Assembly: GCA_951406725.2 (NCBI GenBank)
Contig: OX597816.1
Location: 48,112,001 to 48,176,000 of the forward strand
Direction: 5' to 3'
Origin: Octopus vulgaris
Lineage: Eukaryota
Length of the DNA stretch: 64,000 nucleotides
Under the pieces are notes generated by a model that was not told where the DNA came from, did no database searches, and saw only the letters and a list, made by a program, of their open reading frames with translations. Below are positions 13,205 through 25,602 of the stretch, one piece after another. Positions within the stretch are counted from its first letter, which is position 1. Each line of letters starts with the position of its first letter. Both the position numbers and the translations under genes were made by a program.

Positions 13205-13853
13205 GTACATATATAGGTATTTATATACATACACATATGCACGTGTGTGTATATATATGTATATATGCATGTGTGTATGTGTATATATATATATATAGAT
13301 TACATAGAATATGCATGTGCTTGTGTATGTGTGTGTATATATATATATACATACAGAGAGAGAGAGAGAGACATTTGTAGAAGTGTGTAAATACACTTCT
13401 GTGTATATCTTTTGCATGGTGTGTGCGTGTGTGTGTGTGTTTGTATTTAATATCTTTTTGCATTTGAAGTTTCCTTCTATATGTCTGAACTTGTTGGTCA
13501 TTAGCCGATCAATAAATCGTTTGACTGTAATTGATAATGGTTGCTAATGACAACTGCTGTTCCCAGCAGAATAGTTCACATACCTGGCAACTGCTCTGTA
13601 TGGGTACGCTTTGATTTCATTATCAACATGTTAGTTACCCTGTCTATATCACGTATTCTTTCCTGCTTTACAGTAATTACTAGGCTTTAGATTAATCTAG
13701 ATATTTTCTCAAGTTTTATAAAATCGCATTATCTACGACCAAACGTAGCAGTAAGAGAATACAGTTTTTTGCCCTTTTTACTTTCTTCTTTTGAAAATCT
13801 ATAATCATACAAAAATCATACACACTTTCACAATTCAGGGAGCCACATATGTA

Positions 13854-13896
<43 letters not shown>

Positions 13897-14000
13897 ATGC
13901 GTTTGTGCATGAGTGTCGACATGTATATAAGTGTGTGTGTGTGAGTCATCATCATTGTTTAATGTTCGACCACCATGCTAGCATGGGTGGAACAGTTTGT

Positions 14001-14042
<42 letters not shown>

Positions 14043-14224
14043 TGTGTGTGTGTATGTATGTGTGTGTGTATGTATATGTGTGTGTATGTATATGTGTGTG
14101 TGTATGTATGCGTGTGTATATGTATATGTGTATATGTGTGTATATATATGTGTGTGTGTGTGTATGTGTATATATGTGTGTTTGTATAATATATACATAT
14201 ATATATAGATATATATATATGCAC

Positions 14225-14376
14225 ACAAGCATGTATGGTAAGAAGCGTGCTTCCCATCATGCGTTTCTGGGTTCAGTCCCACTGTGTGGAACCTTGGGCA
14301 AGTGTCTGCCACTATAGTCTTGGGCCAACCAAAACCTTGTGAGTGGATTTGGAAGAGAGAAACTGAAAGAATCCTG

Positions 14377-14421
<45 letters not shown>

Positions 14422-14655
14422 TATGTCCGTGTGTCTTTGTCTCTGTGTTTGTCCCCCACCACTGCTTGATGATTGGTCTTGGTGTATTTACATCCCTGTA
14501 ACTTAGCGGTTCAGCACAAGGGACTGATAGAATAAGTATCACACTAAAAAAAAAAGAATAAGTCTTGAAGTCTATTTGTTTGACTGAAAAAAAAAGTCTT
14601 TTCAAGGCAGTGCCCCAGCATGGCTGCAGTCTAATGACAAATGAAAAGCAAAAGA
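14225..14655 (+). mobile_element. SINE family A
   Basis: Head, internal (TA)n and tail match 35563-36047. Confidence 0.8.
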
Positions 14656-14669
14656 TATATATATATTTA

Positions 14670-14850
14670 TCATCATCATCATCATGGTCAAGACAATGGA
14701 ATTTACCATGCTACGCCAGACTTCACGGTCCATCATAGCATTACGGAGGTCCTGTTGCTGGATGCCTGTATCCCTGGAGATTACATCAGGGTAGGAGAGT
14801 GTGCGCCCTCTAGTATTGCGAGTAGATGGCTTCCAGAGGAGAAGAGCATC
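14670..14850 (-). pseudogene. 3' end of a second RTE-like LINE family
   Basis: Minus strand reads LLLWKPSTRNTRGRTLSYPDVISRDTGIQQQDLRNAMMDREVWRSMV, then an (ATG)n tail. Confidence 0.7.
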
Positions 14851-15199
14851 TGGCTGTAGAAAGTATATATTTATGCGGAGGTATACTAAGTATGAACATG
14901 GTTCTTAATAGCAACATCCTCACCCACATAGTGTATATGTGATAGCTATGTGTCGACTATAGCGGACCATGTTTTGTAATATAACTTTGGTGTGTGTGTG
15001 TGATTTGATTATGTGTTATCATCATCATTTAATATCTGTAAAGCTGTCCAACTCATGCTGGTATGGGTTGGACAGCTTTACAGGATTACAGGAGCTGGCA
15101 AAACCAACCAGGGGCTGCACCAGGTTCTATAGTCTGTTTTAGTTTGATTTCTACAATTGGATGCCATTCCTAACACCAACCACTTTACAGAGTGTACTA

Positions 15200-15605
15200 G
15201 GTGCTTTTTGTGTGACACCGTCACCAATGCTTTTTATCTGGCACCAGCATCAGTGCTTTTTATGTGGAACTATCACCAGTGCTTTTAATGTGGCATCATC
15301 ACCAGTGCTTTTAATGTGGCACCATCACCAGTGCTTTTAATGTGGCACCATCACCAGTGCTTTTAATGTGGCACCATCACCAGTGCTTTTAATGTGGCAC
15401 CATCACCAGTACTTTTTATGTAGCACTATCACCAATGTTTTTTACATGGTACCATTGCCCGTGCTTTTGACATGACATTGTCACCAGTGCTTTTTATATG
15501 GCACCAGCGCTTTTTATGTGGAATTTGTACCAGTACTTTCTACATGGTACCAGCACCAATGCTTTTTATGTTGCACCAGTGCTTTCTACGTGGCACCGGT
15601 ACCAA
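15200..15605. repeat. 26-bp minisatellite (GCACCATCACCAGTGCTTTTAATGTG)n, attached to a minus-strand RTE 3' tail (~15020-15200)
   Basis: Period 26 (15301 to 15327); about 15 progressively degenerate units. Confidence 0.9.
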
Positions 15606-16384
15606 TAGACAAGCATAGCATTTATTATACAAATATAACATTATGAAATCTAACAATATATGATCAATTATTGATTAGGAATGTAGAGCATTGATCCAGA
15701 TAAAATTATTTTACTATTATTAGTGAAGTTGCTGGTGAAAGCAAAACGGTAATCATTATCACTTTAATGCCTACTTTTCCATGCTTGCATGGGTCAGATG
15801 AGAATATACTGGAGCTGAGCTTTCTACAGCCAGATGCTCTTCCTGACTGCTACTTCTAGCGAGCTGGATGACTATGTGAAAGCTTGCTCACTGGCTTGAT
15901 AAGAAAGTAGTTAATGGGTTTCCTAAAATTTCTTTTGTCCAGTCTGTTTAAGCCACTAACATTGATATTTACTTCCTATTTCTGTAAAGTTAATCTAATA
16001 ATAGACAAGCATGTCTTTCCCAACACTGGTTTCTGTATTCTGATCATAAGACTCTCGTGTACTAATTAATCTAGAAAATTAGTAGTTGATCCATTGGTTG
16101 ATTTTTCATTTTGATATGTTGAGTGTTAATAAAAGTTCGAGAAATAGTTTTCCATTCATTGTTACTTCAACCATGCTCTAAAAATGATGGTAAAGGATGT
16201 TCTAAAAAGATTCCTTGTTTGAGTTCATTTTAGAATGAAGGGCAGGATCTTAACTAAGATACAAAACCACTTAATTGGAGTCTAGAGGGAAACTAGTTTG
16301 TAGAAATGATTTGCTAAACTTCAGAAAAGTTTTGCATATTTTTCACTTCTGCTTATAGATTGAACTAGTAGAGTATATATTTGT

Positions 16385-16640
16385 ACATGCTTGGCTGTTT
16401 AGTTAAGAAGCTTGCTTCTCAAATGTGTTGTCTTGGATTTACTTCCACCACTGCACAGTACCTTGGGCAAGTGTTTTCTACTAGAGACCTGGACTGACCA
16501 AGCCTTGTGAGCGGATTTGGAAGACAGAAACTGAAAGAAGCCCATTGTGTGTGTGTGTATAGATAGGTAGATAGATGTACCTACCAGTACCCTGGACTGA
16601 TCAAAGCCTTGTGAATGGAGGAAACTGAAAGAAGACCATT
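16385..16640 (+). mobile_element. SINE family A, 5' part with a partial duplication
   Basis: CCTTGGGCAAGTG and AAGCCTTGTGAG..GAAACTGAAAGAAG segments. Confidence 0.7.
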
Positions 16641-17066
16641 GTGTGTGTATGAGTGGAAACATCTGAGGGTTGGAGACAGGAAAGAGCTTTGGCCATGGCA
16701 AATTCTTTGGCCTTGACAAATTCTGTCTGGTTCATGCAAGCATTTGTTTTTCTTTCCAATTGTTGACTAAAGTCTATCTGGGGAGAGATTACTATCTATA
16801 GGAATAAGACTTGCAGAGTGGAATGACTCTTTAAGTGCATCTCTCTGGCCTTTCTTAAGGGTAACACAATCACCATTTCTTATGATAGGATGATGAAATA
16901 TTTGTATGACTCCTTGCAGTACTTTTTGTGATAAACATAACTATCAGGGTAAAAAGGAAAAACATAAATTGTAGGTTGTAAAGGAATATGTCATTATACA
17001 CCTTGTAATTTTGACATTCTTATGTGTTTGTTGCAAAGCTGTCTGTCATATGGGTTACTGTATATC

Positions 17067-17487
17067 TTTACTCTCTTTTACTCTTTTACTTGTTTCAGTC
17101 ATTTGACTGCGGCCATGCTGGAGCACCGCCTTTAGTCGAGCAAATCGACCCCGGGACTTATTCTTTGTAAGCCCAGTACTTATTCTATCGGTCTCTTTTG
17201 CCGAACCGCTAAGTGACGGGGATGTAAACACACCAGCATCGGTTGTCAAGCAATGTTAGGGGAACAAACACAGACACACAAACACACACATGCATATATA
17301 TATATATATATATACATATATACGACGGGCTTCTTTCAGTTTCCGTCTACCAAATCCACTCACAAGGCTTTGGTCGGCCTGAGGCTATAGTAGAAGACAC
17401 TTACCCAAGGTGCCATGCAGTGGGACTGAACCCGGAACCATGTGGTTGGTAGATAAGCTACTTACCACACAGCCACTCCTGTGCCTA
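17067..17487 (-). mobile_element. SINE family A, young full-length (tRNA-like head, CORE-like segment, internal TA/TG microsatellite)
   Basis: A/B-box-like TGGCTGTGTGG / GGTTCAGTCCC; CpGs retained; near-identical to 35563-36047. Confidence 0.9.
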
Positions 17488-17941
17488 TTGTATATTTTTT
17501 TTAGTGTGGCTGTATTGTTTTAGAAAGAACATCATACCACATGATATACTGATTGCATAGAATATTTTCTATAAAATATAATACAATTAATACATCTAGA
17601 TGCTTATAGTATATTTGTCATATTGTAGCAACCAATTACTCTTGGATTTAATCCTTTAGCATTTAAACTGGACATATCCAACCCAAATAATCTGTTTTAT
17701 GCTCAAACTGGACAGATCTGTCTCTCACTACTACCCTATGTTGACATTCTAAAAGTATGTAAAAACATTGTTATAATCTCGAAGTTATGACGTTAAGTTT
17801 GACCAATTCAAAACAATGTAAACAAACAAGTGTTAACATTTGACAGAGTAATTTGAATGTTGAAGTATTAAATGTGCAATGTTTGGAATGTAATGTGATG
17901 CAGTGGTCATAAGTATAAAAGAGGCTACATTTAGACTAATA

Positions 17942-18334
17942 CTAGCAGTGTAGCCCAGCGTTGCTCGGGCTTGTTTTCTTTTTGACCCTTTAGAATTGGA
18001 ATTTTTGAAAAGTAAAAATTTTGCATTATGTAGCTTGTTATTCTCTTTAAGTGAACATTTTTCTGGTTGAAATACACTGAAAAATGGTGACACAGCAGTC
18101 AAAAAATCGTAAAAAATATGGATTTTCATAGAAAAATGGCACCTTTTTGATGTAAATAATTTTTGGTGTTAACATGGTCTGATTTGAATTTTTTCTTCTA
18201 CGGAAGGAAGAGCAAGCCTTCTATCATGCTCTCGATTTTGGTCAATTTGCACTGTAGGGTCTCGGAGGAGATAGTGTTAGTTGAAGGCTACCAAACCTGC
18301 CATACACACAACTTCAGCTTTATATATATAGAGA
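17942..18334 (-). mobile_element. Non-autonomous Helitron
   Basis: 5' TC, 3' CTAG preceded by hairpin AGCCCGAGCAACGCTGGGCT, A|T insertion site; second copy at 30903-31297. Confidence 0.8.
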
Positions 18335-19288
18335 TTGACACCATTCTCAAGTTCATGCATAACTATTTATTGGGATGCTACGTTAAATTAGATATTCTTA
18401 TTCCTGTCCTTCTTATCATACTTTATAGCTTCACAATACCTAACATAAAGCCGCTTCTCTCAATGCTGCACCCTCACCTAGTCTAGGTGTCTTGCCTTGT
18501 GAGTTATTTAGTGACATCGTTAGTACCATAAGAAAAAAACACTCAGTGCACTATGTGAAGTGGTTGGTCATTAGTACCATCAGAAAAAAAGTACTCTGTA
18601 CACTTTGTGAAGTGGTTGATGTTAGGAAGGGTATCCATCCATAAAACCATGCCAGAACAGACATTGGAGTTTGGTGCATTCCGCTCTGGTTTGTTGGTTC
18701 CTGTTGAACTGTTCAATCCATGGTAAAACAGACGTTTCAATGATGATGATAACAAAACTTTTGAGGTTGTATGGTCACTGAAAATGTCTAGAACTGTTCA
18801 CTCTGATGTTTAAAAACATTGTCAGTATATTTAAATTTTGATGTCATTCAGTAGATGCTGCTAAATGCTTTGATGTTATTTAGCAAATACATACAACACT
18901 AAAGGTCTGTCTGCTCTGATATCTAATTCTGTTTTATCTTCTGACACTGTCTCACAATATAATTGTCTTCATGAAAGCTTCCAGTTGATTTTAGGATATT
19001 ACGTGGGTATATTTATACATACATACACACACACACACATGTATATATAGACATACACACACAAACACACATGAATGGGCTATATATGTTGAATTTAATG
19101 TATTATACTGTACATTTACAATGTACAATTATTTTACACTGTCAGATTGGATAGTGTCCTTGATTAAAAGTACAGTACTGTATTCTTTCCTCTGTCTTTC
19201 GTAATGTAATTGTTAATATTAGCCACTCCTAACGTAACCTAACCTTAGTGTGAGTACCTATGGATAATTTTCAGTTTAAAATCAGACT

Positions 19289-19385
19289 TACCACGGATGA
19301 TGAAGAGGTGTTGTTGATATGCCGAGATTTTGAAATCTCGCTGCTTTTTGAAATCCATTAAGGCGAAGTCCGAAGTGCTGAGGTA
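19289..19385 (+). ncRNA. Candidate box C/D snoRNA
   Basis: C box ATGATGA 19297-19303; D box CTGA 19378-19381; terminal TACC/GGTA stem; D'-like CCGA 19322-19325. Alternative readings exist (see findings). Confidence 0.3.
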
Positions 19386-19432
19386 CGAGTGTATACATAT
19401 ATATATGAGTGGTCTATACATATATATTTATA

Positions 19433-19468
<36 letters not shown>

Positions 19469-19881
19469 GGATTTTACATGTAGATATAACTGGGGTACTT
19501 ATGTGTACTCACGACTCTTGCTTTTGGTTTTTTCCATGAGTGCTTGTAAGTATTTCATTCATTTCTTATCGTATTTTCTACTGAAGAGGGAAAAATTCAT
19601 AGGATTAATCCCGAAATGGATTCAATATAGAAATAACGAACTTTTAAAAAAAATTCTGTTAGCCCACTTTCCTCGATTTCAGCATGACATGTATCTATAG
19701 TGAATGTATATTATAAATGTGGAAATTGACGATTTAAAGTCTGTTCTCAGCATATTGGCATTGAAATAATTTTTTTATTGCCCTTGTTTATAAGTTATAT
19801 ATACACACACACAGCATGTGGTGAATATATTGTTATCTAAATTACGCAAAAATGAAAATAACTCGGACATTTTTTTAACAT

Positions 19882-20400
19882 TTACCAAAATTGCATAAAA
19901 ATATCTTGAAATACTAAAGAGTAAATATTTTCAGTAAAATCGCCAATGGCTTCAACCATAGCCTCTGGATGACTTAAGAATCTCCTGCAACTCTTCTGGA
20001 TGGTCTCCTTGTTTAAGTTGGTGAATGCTGCCATGATCCTTGTCTTCAGTTTATCTTTGGTCTTACAAGGAGTTTTGTTGGTCTTTCGCTCAACTGTGCC
20101 CACACATAATAATCAAAAAGGTTGCAAGTCTGGGGAGTTAGGTGGCTAGATATAAGGAGTGATGTGGTCACAGGAATTGTCTGACAGCCACGACTGGGTT
20201 CCCCTGCTTGTGTGGCATGGTACAGAGTTCTATTGCCAGACAGGGTCTTCCAGTAGCCATCCTGTTGACCCAGGGTAGTACTACCTCCTCCATGCACTTG
20301 ATATAGGACTCCATGTTGAGTGCGAGGCTGTGTGGGAAGCTAAATGGAGGCATAACATCGCCATCACGAGTGATCACTCCTAACTCCATGATGTGGACCG
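19882..20400 (-). pseudogene. Tc1/mariner (maT/DD37D-like) transposase relic, frameshifted
   Basis: Fragments GVITRDGDVMPPFSFP..YIKCMEEVVLPW, CNLFDYYVW and GTVERKTNKTP..LKTRIMAAF..IQKSCRRF..EAMVEAIGD; element extends ~19810-20690. Confidence 0.85.
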
Positions 20401-21374
20401 GATGGTTGATTTTTTTTTTATCACTCTTGTTACATGTTCTTGGATTGCATTGTCCTCAGATTGACACCCAAATACTCTGAAATGTTCATACTGGAGCTTC
20501 TGGCATGAATGCCAAGCAGTACAACACATTTCTAAGTTTCTGGTTGAGTGAATTGCATCATGATGCGGTTTTTCTCACAGATGGTGCCCAACTGATCCTA
20601 CTATACTATGTAGTCAACAAAATCAAAAACAAACAATGCATATGTACAAAATTAAAAGTATAAAATGGCAAGAATTTATCCATGGTCTATATATACATAT
20701 TATATATATATATATGTTTTTTCAATATGTATAGCTTTCTGTCAGTCTGCCTATTTGTCTGTCTGTTATATTACAAACGTGAATATACAAACATGCTTAA
20801 ATGCACATACGCAACATGCACATATATGCCCTCTGTATAACTATTTCTATACCTGCATGTGCTCAATATAACTCACGTACACACTTGTGACATTTATACA
20901 TATATATATTCAAGCATGTATAATTTTAAGAAAATTTGAATATTTTCTGCTTAACATCTCAGTAGTGAAGCATAAATCCAGAAAACCATGCCTTGAATAA
21001 GATCATTTTGTCTTTGTTTGAATTTTACATTTATATATGCATGTATATATATATATATATATATATATGAAACATTATTCTACATGATATAAAATTCAAA
21101 TATGTATTGACAATTTTACATGATGCAAGATTCAAACTGAAGGAAAATAATCCTTAAATTCTCAAATGCCGTTTTCTGGTTTTTATTTCTCATTAATAAA
21201 TCAGTGAAGGGGAAAATACGTTTCAATTTGGTTGGAAAAAATTGCACATAGGTACTATGTGAGCATAAATTTATGTATGTGCAAATGGGTATGTGCTTAT
21301 TTATGGATGTAAGGATAGATGCACACATGTATACATACACATGTATTATGTGCGTGTATGTATCTGTATATTTG

Positions 21375-21415
<41 letters not shown>

Positions 21416-21417
21416 TC

Positions 21418-21459
<42 letters not shown>

Positions 21460-21576
21460 TTATCTATCTATATCTATCTATTTATCTATCTATATCTATT
21501 TATTTATCTATCTATCTATCTATTATCTATATCTATCTATATCTATTTATCTATTTATCTATCTATTTATCTATCC

Positions 21577-21610
<34 letters not shown>

Positions 21611-21613
21611 ATC

Positions 21614-21648
<35 letters not shown>

Positions 21649-21725
21649 CTATCTATATTATATATCTGTCTATATCTATCGATAGTATATATATCTATAT
21701 ATCTATGTATGTATGTATGTATGTG
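21375..21725. repeat. (TATC)n / (TA)n microsatellite
   Basis: Direct inspection. Confidence 0.95.
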
Positions 21726-22419
21726 TATATTTGTTTTTTACTAAAGCAAAAGTTCACTGTATACCCTTGTATAAGAAATGTGTAACATCTATTATGTGTA
21801 TGTGTGCATGGTATCTAGAATTATGCACCCACATGAAAAGGTTTCTCGTAGTCAGTCTTGGTTTGGTAAATCTACTCATAAGGAATCTGAATTAGCATGT
21901 ATCAAGTGAGTTATATACAATGCAGTTGATGCTTACATGCATATATAGACAGATTAACGTTTGTATATGCATGTGTGTGTATGTGTGTGTGCATGTGTGT
22001 ATCATCATCACCATCATCATTTCAATCAGTGTTTTAATGTCTGTTTTTCCTGTGCCAACATGAATTATGAGTTGGAAGAAACTTCTTAAGAGCAGTATGC
22101 TATGGTTTGAGGCCCCTCTTGATGCTAACCATTTGTCTTCAAGTAAGGCACATTATTCTATGTATTTGCAGTTTAAACAACTAATAGTCATTTTTATTAT
22201 GGGTCACATGAACAAGGTCACAATGACCCAAGTGCTCTCAGTGCAAAAAAACGCATGGAGACAAATACACACATGCATACATGTACACATATACACTTAC
22301 TTATACACTTATGTGCATGTGCGTGTAGGGCATAGTGAGATTAATAACCTGGCGTAGAACTCAATGTACCTACAGTGCAGAACACAGAGTTAGATGAGTA
22401 TAGAGTGGTAAAGAGATGA

Positions 22420-22890
22420 CACTGGAAAAATCAAATGTTATACAGGCAATGACGAAAGACCGAGACCTCTGGAGATATGCTGTGACTGCGAAGACCCGGC
22501 AAATAAAGTGAGTTCACAGCTGTATCCTACACCAGTGTCGCATAACCAGCCCCAGCCCATTCAAAAGTACCTTGGATCGTGGGCGACCTATTGTGCTTGA
22601 GGAGACCTATTGAGTCAAGTACATCAACATCAAAATGAAAATCAAATGGAAATTGTAGCTGTGATACCTGTGCCTGTGGCATGTAAAAAGCACCATCTGA
22701 ACGTGGCCAAAGACAGCGCCACCTTGACTGGCTTCTGTGCCAGTGGCATGTAAAAAGCACCAACCAATCATGGCCGTTGCCAGCCTCCTCTGGCCCCTGT
22801 GCTGGTGGCATGTAAAAAGCACCCACTACACTCATGGAATGGTTGGTGTTAGGAAGGGCATCCAGACACCAGTCGAACCGTCAACCCATG
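22420..22890 (+). mobile_element. RTE LINE 3' end/3'UTR fragment
   Basis: GACCGAGACCTCTGGAGATATGCTGTG..GAAGACCCGGC plus three GTGCCNGTGGCA-TGTAAAAAGCAC modules; homologous to 27098-29345. Confidence 0.8.
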
Positions 22891-24349
22891 CCATATATAT
22901 ATATATGCGTATGTGTATGTCTGTGAGTGGTTGTATGTTTGTATCTCCTTGTCTTGACATTGTATGATAGCTGTAAATAATCGCCACTACTCTACAGGCA
23001 GTATCATTCATTTCAATGTTGTGCAAGAACATGTCTGGCTAGCAGGAGAAATATTACCTTGCTTGGAAACAGGTGAGGGTTGGTCACAGGAAGGGAGATT
23101 GACCATAGAAAAATCTGCCTCAATGAACTCCATCTGAGCCATGCAGGCATGACAGTGTGGATGTTAAAGAAATGATGATGATGATGATGATGTATGCTTT
23201 GTTTCACTGATTTATTTATTCATAAGAGGATAAATTTCCAGTTAGAATACTTATATGATCTACATGTTAAAGGGACAAACAATTGAGGGGACCCCCCCTC
23301 CCCCACTATAGTTACTCAACCTGCTAGAAATAGCAACTGTACATTCTTGAAACTACATGTTACCATCTTAGAAAAGAGCATATTGGATCATATTAATCCA
23401 AAATATTCTATTTCTGAAACAAAAAAAAAAAAAGGAAGGTTTATCATGCTTTGCTTTGCTTTGATCATTCATATATGACGGCTGATTTGGGGGTGAAACA
23501 ACATGATGAAGAGCTAAATCTTATTTATTAAGAGTAGTAATACATGGATGACGGTCTGTTGTTATTGGAAGACATCAAAGAAAATTATATTTTGCATGTC
23601 TATATTTCTAGGAAGAGTTGGATGAAAATATATTGATTTTTACAGCTCAATTTTTTGGTTTGTTTTGTAGCTGTATTCACACGGCATTTCAAACAATCAA
23701 CTTTTATTTTGTTCTCTACTTGTTACATAGTATTTTGGAAAAGGAAGGAACATTTTTATGCATCTATCTACACCTGTCTCTCTGCTTGGACTTCTCCTTT
23801 TGTTTATTTTAAGTTGTAACCGATTTTCATTTTCCGACTTAAGCGTTAATTGATTTTTGTAAAATTGGTTTTGAATACAATGATATGCGTATTTATTCTT
23901 AATATATTTGAGCAGATTTGAAAGCAAATATGCTAGTCACTCTTGTGTGTGTCACAGGAGGACAACTTTATGACAATGTGCTCATAAGACAGCTCATTGG
24001 TACAAAGGATTCTGGGACACTAGTGTTTCAACATGTGTTGTGTGCCTTGTAGCTTAATCGGGATTCTGCGATATGATTGTACCTCTGGTGCAGATATATC
24101 TGTAAAGAAGTTTGCTTCACAGTTATATAATTTTGGATTCAGTTTCATGCAAGGCACCTTGGGCAATGGACTTCTAGTGTTACCCTGTTGGATAAATTGG
24201 ATTTGTGGTCAACTTTGCTATTCATATTTCTGGGTGATATAAAATAAGAACTACACAAAATTAGAGTCAATTAAAGTAACTTCTCTCCATCCACCTAAAT
24301 TTGTTGCCTTGTTCCTCTGTTACAAACTGTTTTTATGGTAACTCTCTTT

Positions 24350-24790
24350 AAGACGACAAGATCATAAAATTGTTAGCATGCCAGACAAATTGTTTCATGA
24401 CATTTCTCTCAGCTTTACCCTCTAAGCTCAAAGCCATTGGGGTTGGCTTTGCCCTTCATCCTTTCGAGGTCAGTAAAATAAGTCCCGGTTGTGTATTAGA
24501 GTTGATGCAATCAACTAACCCCCTCCCTCACAATGTCAGGCCTTGTGACTATAGTAGAAAAGATTATAATTTTCTTTAAGGTGGCAAGCTGGTAGAATCA
24601 TCAGTGTACCAGACAAGAGGATATTCCATGACATTTATTCTGACTCATTACATTCTGAGTTCAAACTGGACTGAGATTGAGTTTGGCTCTCATCCTTTAG
24701 GAGTCAATTAAATAAGTACCAGTTAAGTTCTGAGGTTGATGTAATCAATTCGTTGCCACCCTTCAAAATTATTGGCCTTGTGCCAAAATT
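24350..24790 (+). mobile_element. Two tandem decayed family-B SINEs
   Basis: Two TCATCCTTT..ATAAGT domain copies. Confidence 0.6.
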
Positions 24791-25276
24791 AAAACGAATT
24801 GTTTTAACTTTGTTTGACAGTTTTGTTATTTAGTCCTGATTGAGCAAATGTACAAAAAGTGTTCCAGCTATGACCACACCATCTTTTATTCAAATTTATA
24901 GTACCTAGGTTATATAATGTTTCCTTTCATTTTAAAGACAGTGAGGCATAAATTGGCTACTCTTTCTAGCAACTTGAGCAACTACTTGTAGGCTCCCTCA
25001 TCAGCTCATTTTCACTATATTTTGACATCTTTGGTAATGAATATATGTATGATTTATAAAGAGTTTATTCAGATACTTTACACATAGCTTATTGTTGTTG
25101 GGCAGTTGGATTGTAAACATGTTTCTGCCACTAGAAATGGGAATAAAAAGTGATTGTAATTTTAGATACACAGGTTCATTAAATGCAGGTTTGGATGACT
25201 TCCTTCAGTATTCAAAAGTTGAATTTATCCAATGATAGTTACAAATATCTGAAGAAAAATCTTATATTACTTCTTT

Positions 25277-25602
<326 letters not shown>

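Noticed and set aside
17420-17487. tRNA genes suggested by A/B boxes
   Set aside because: These are SINE heads with no complete cloverleaf
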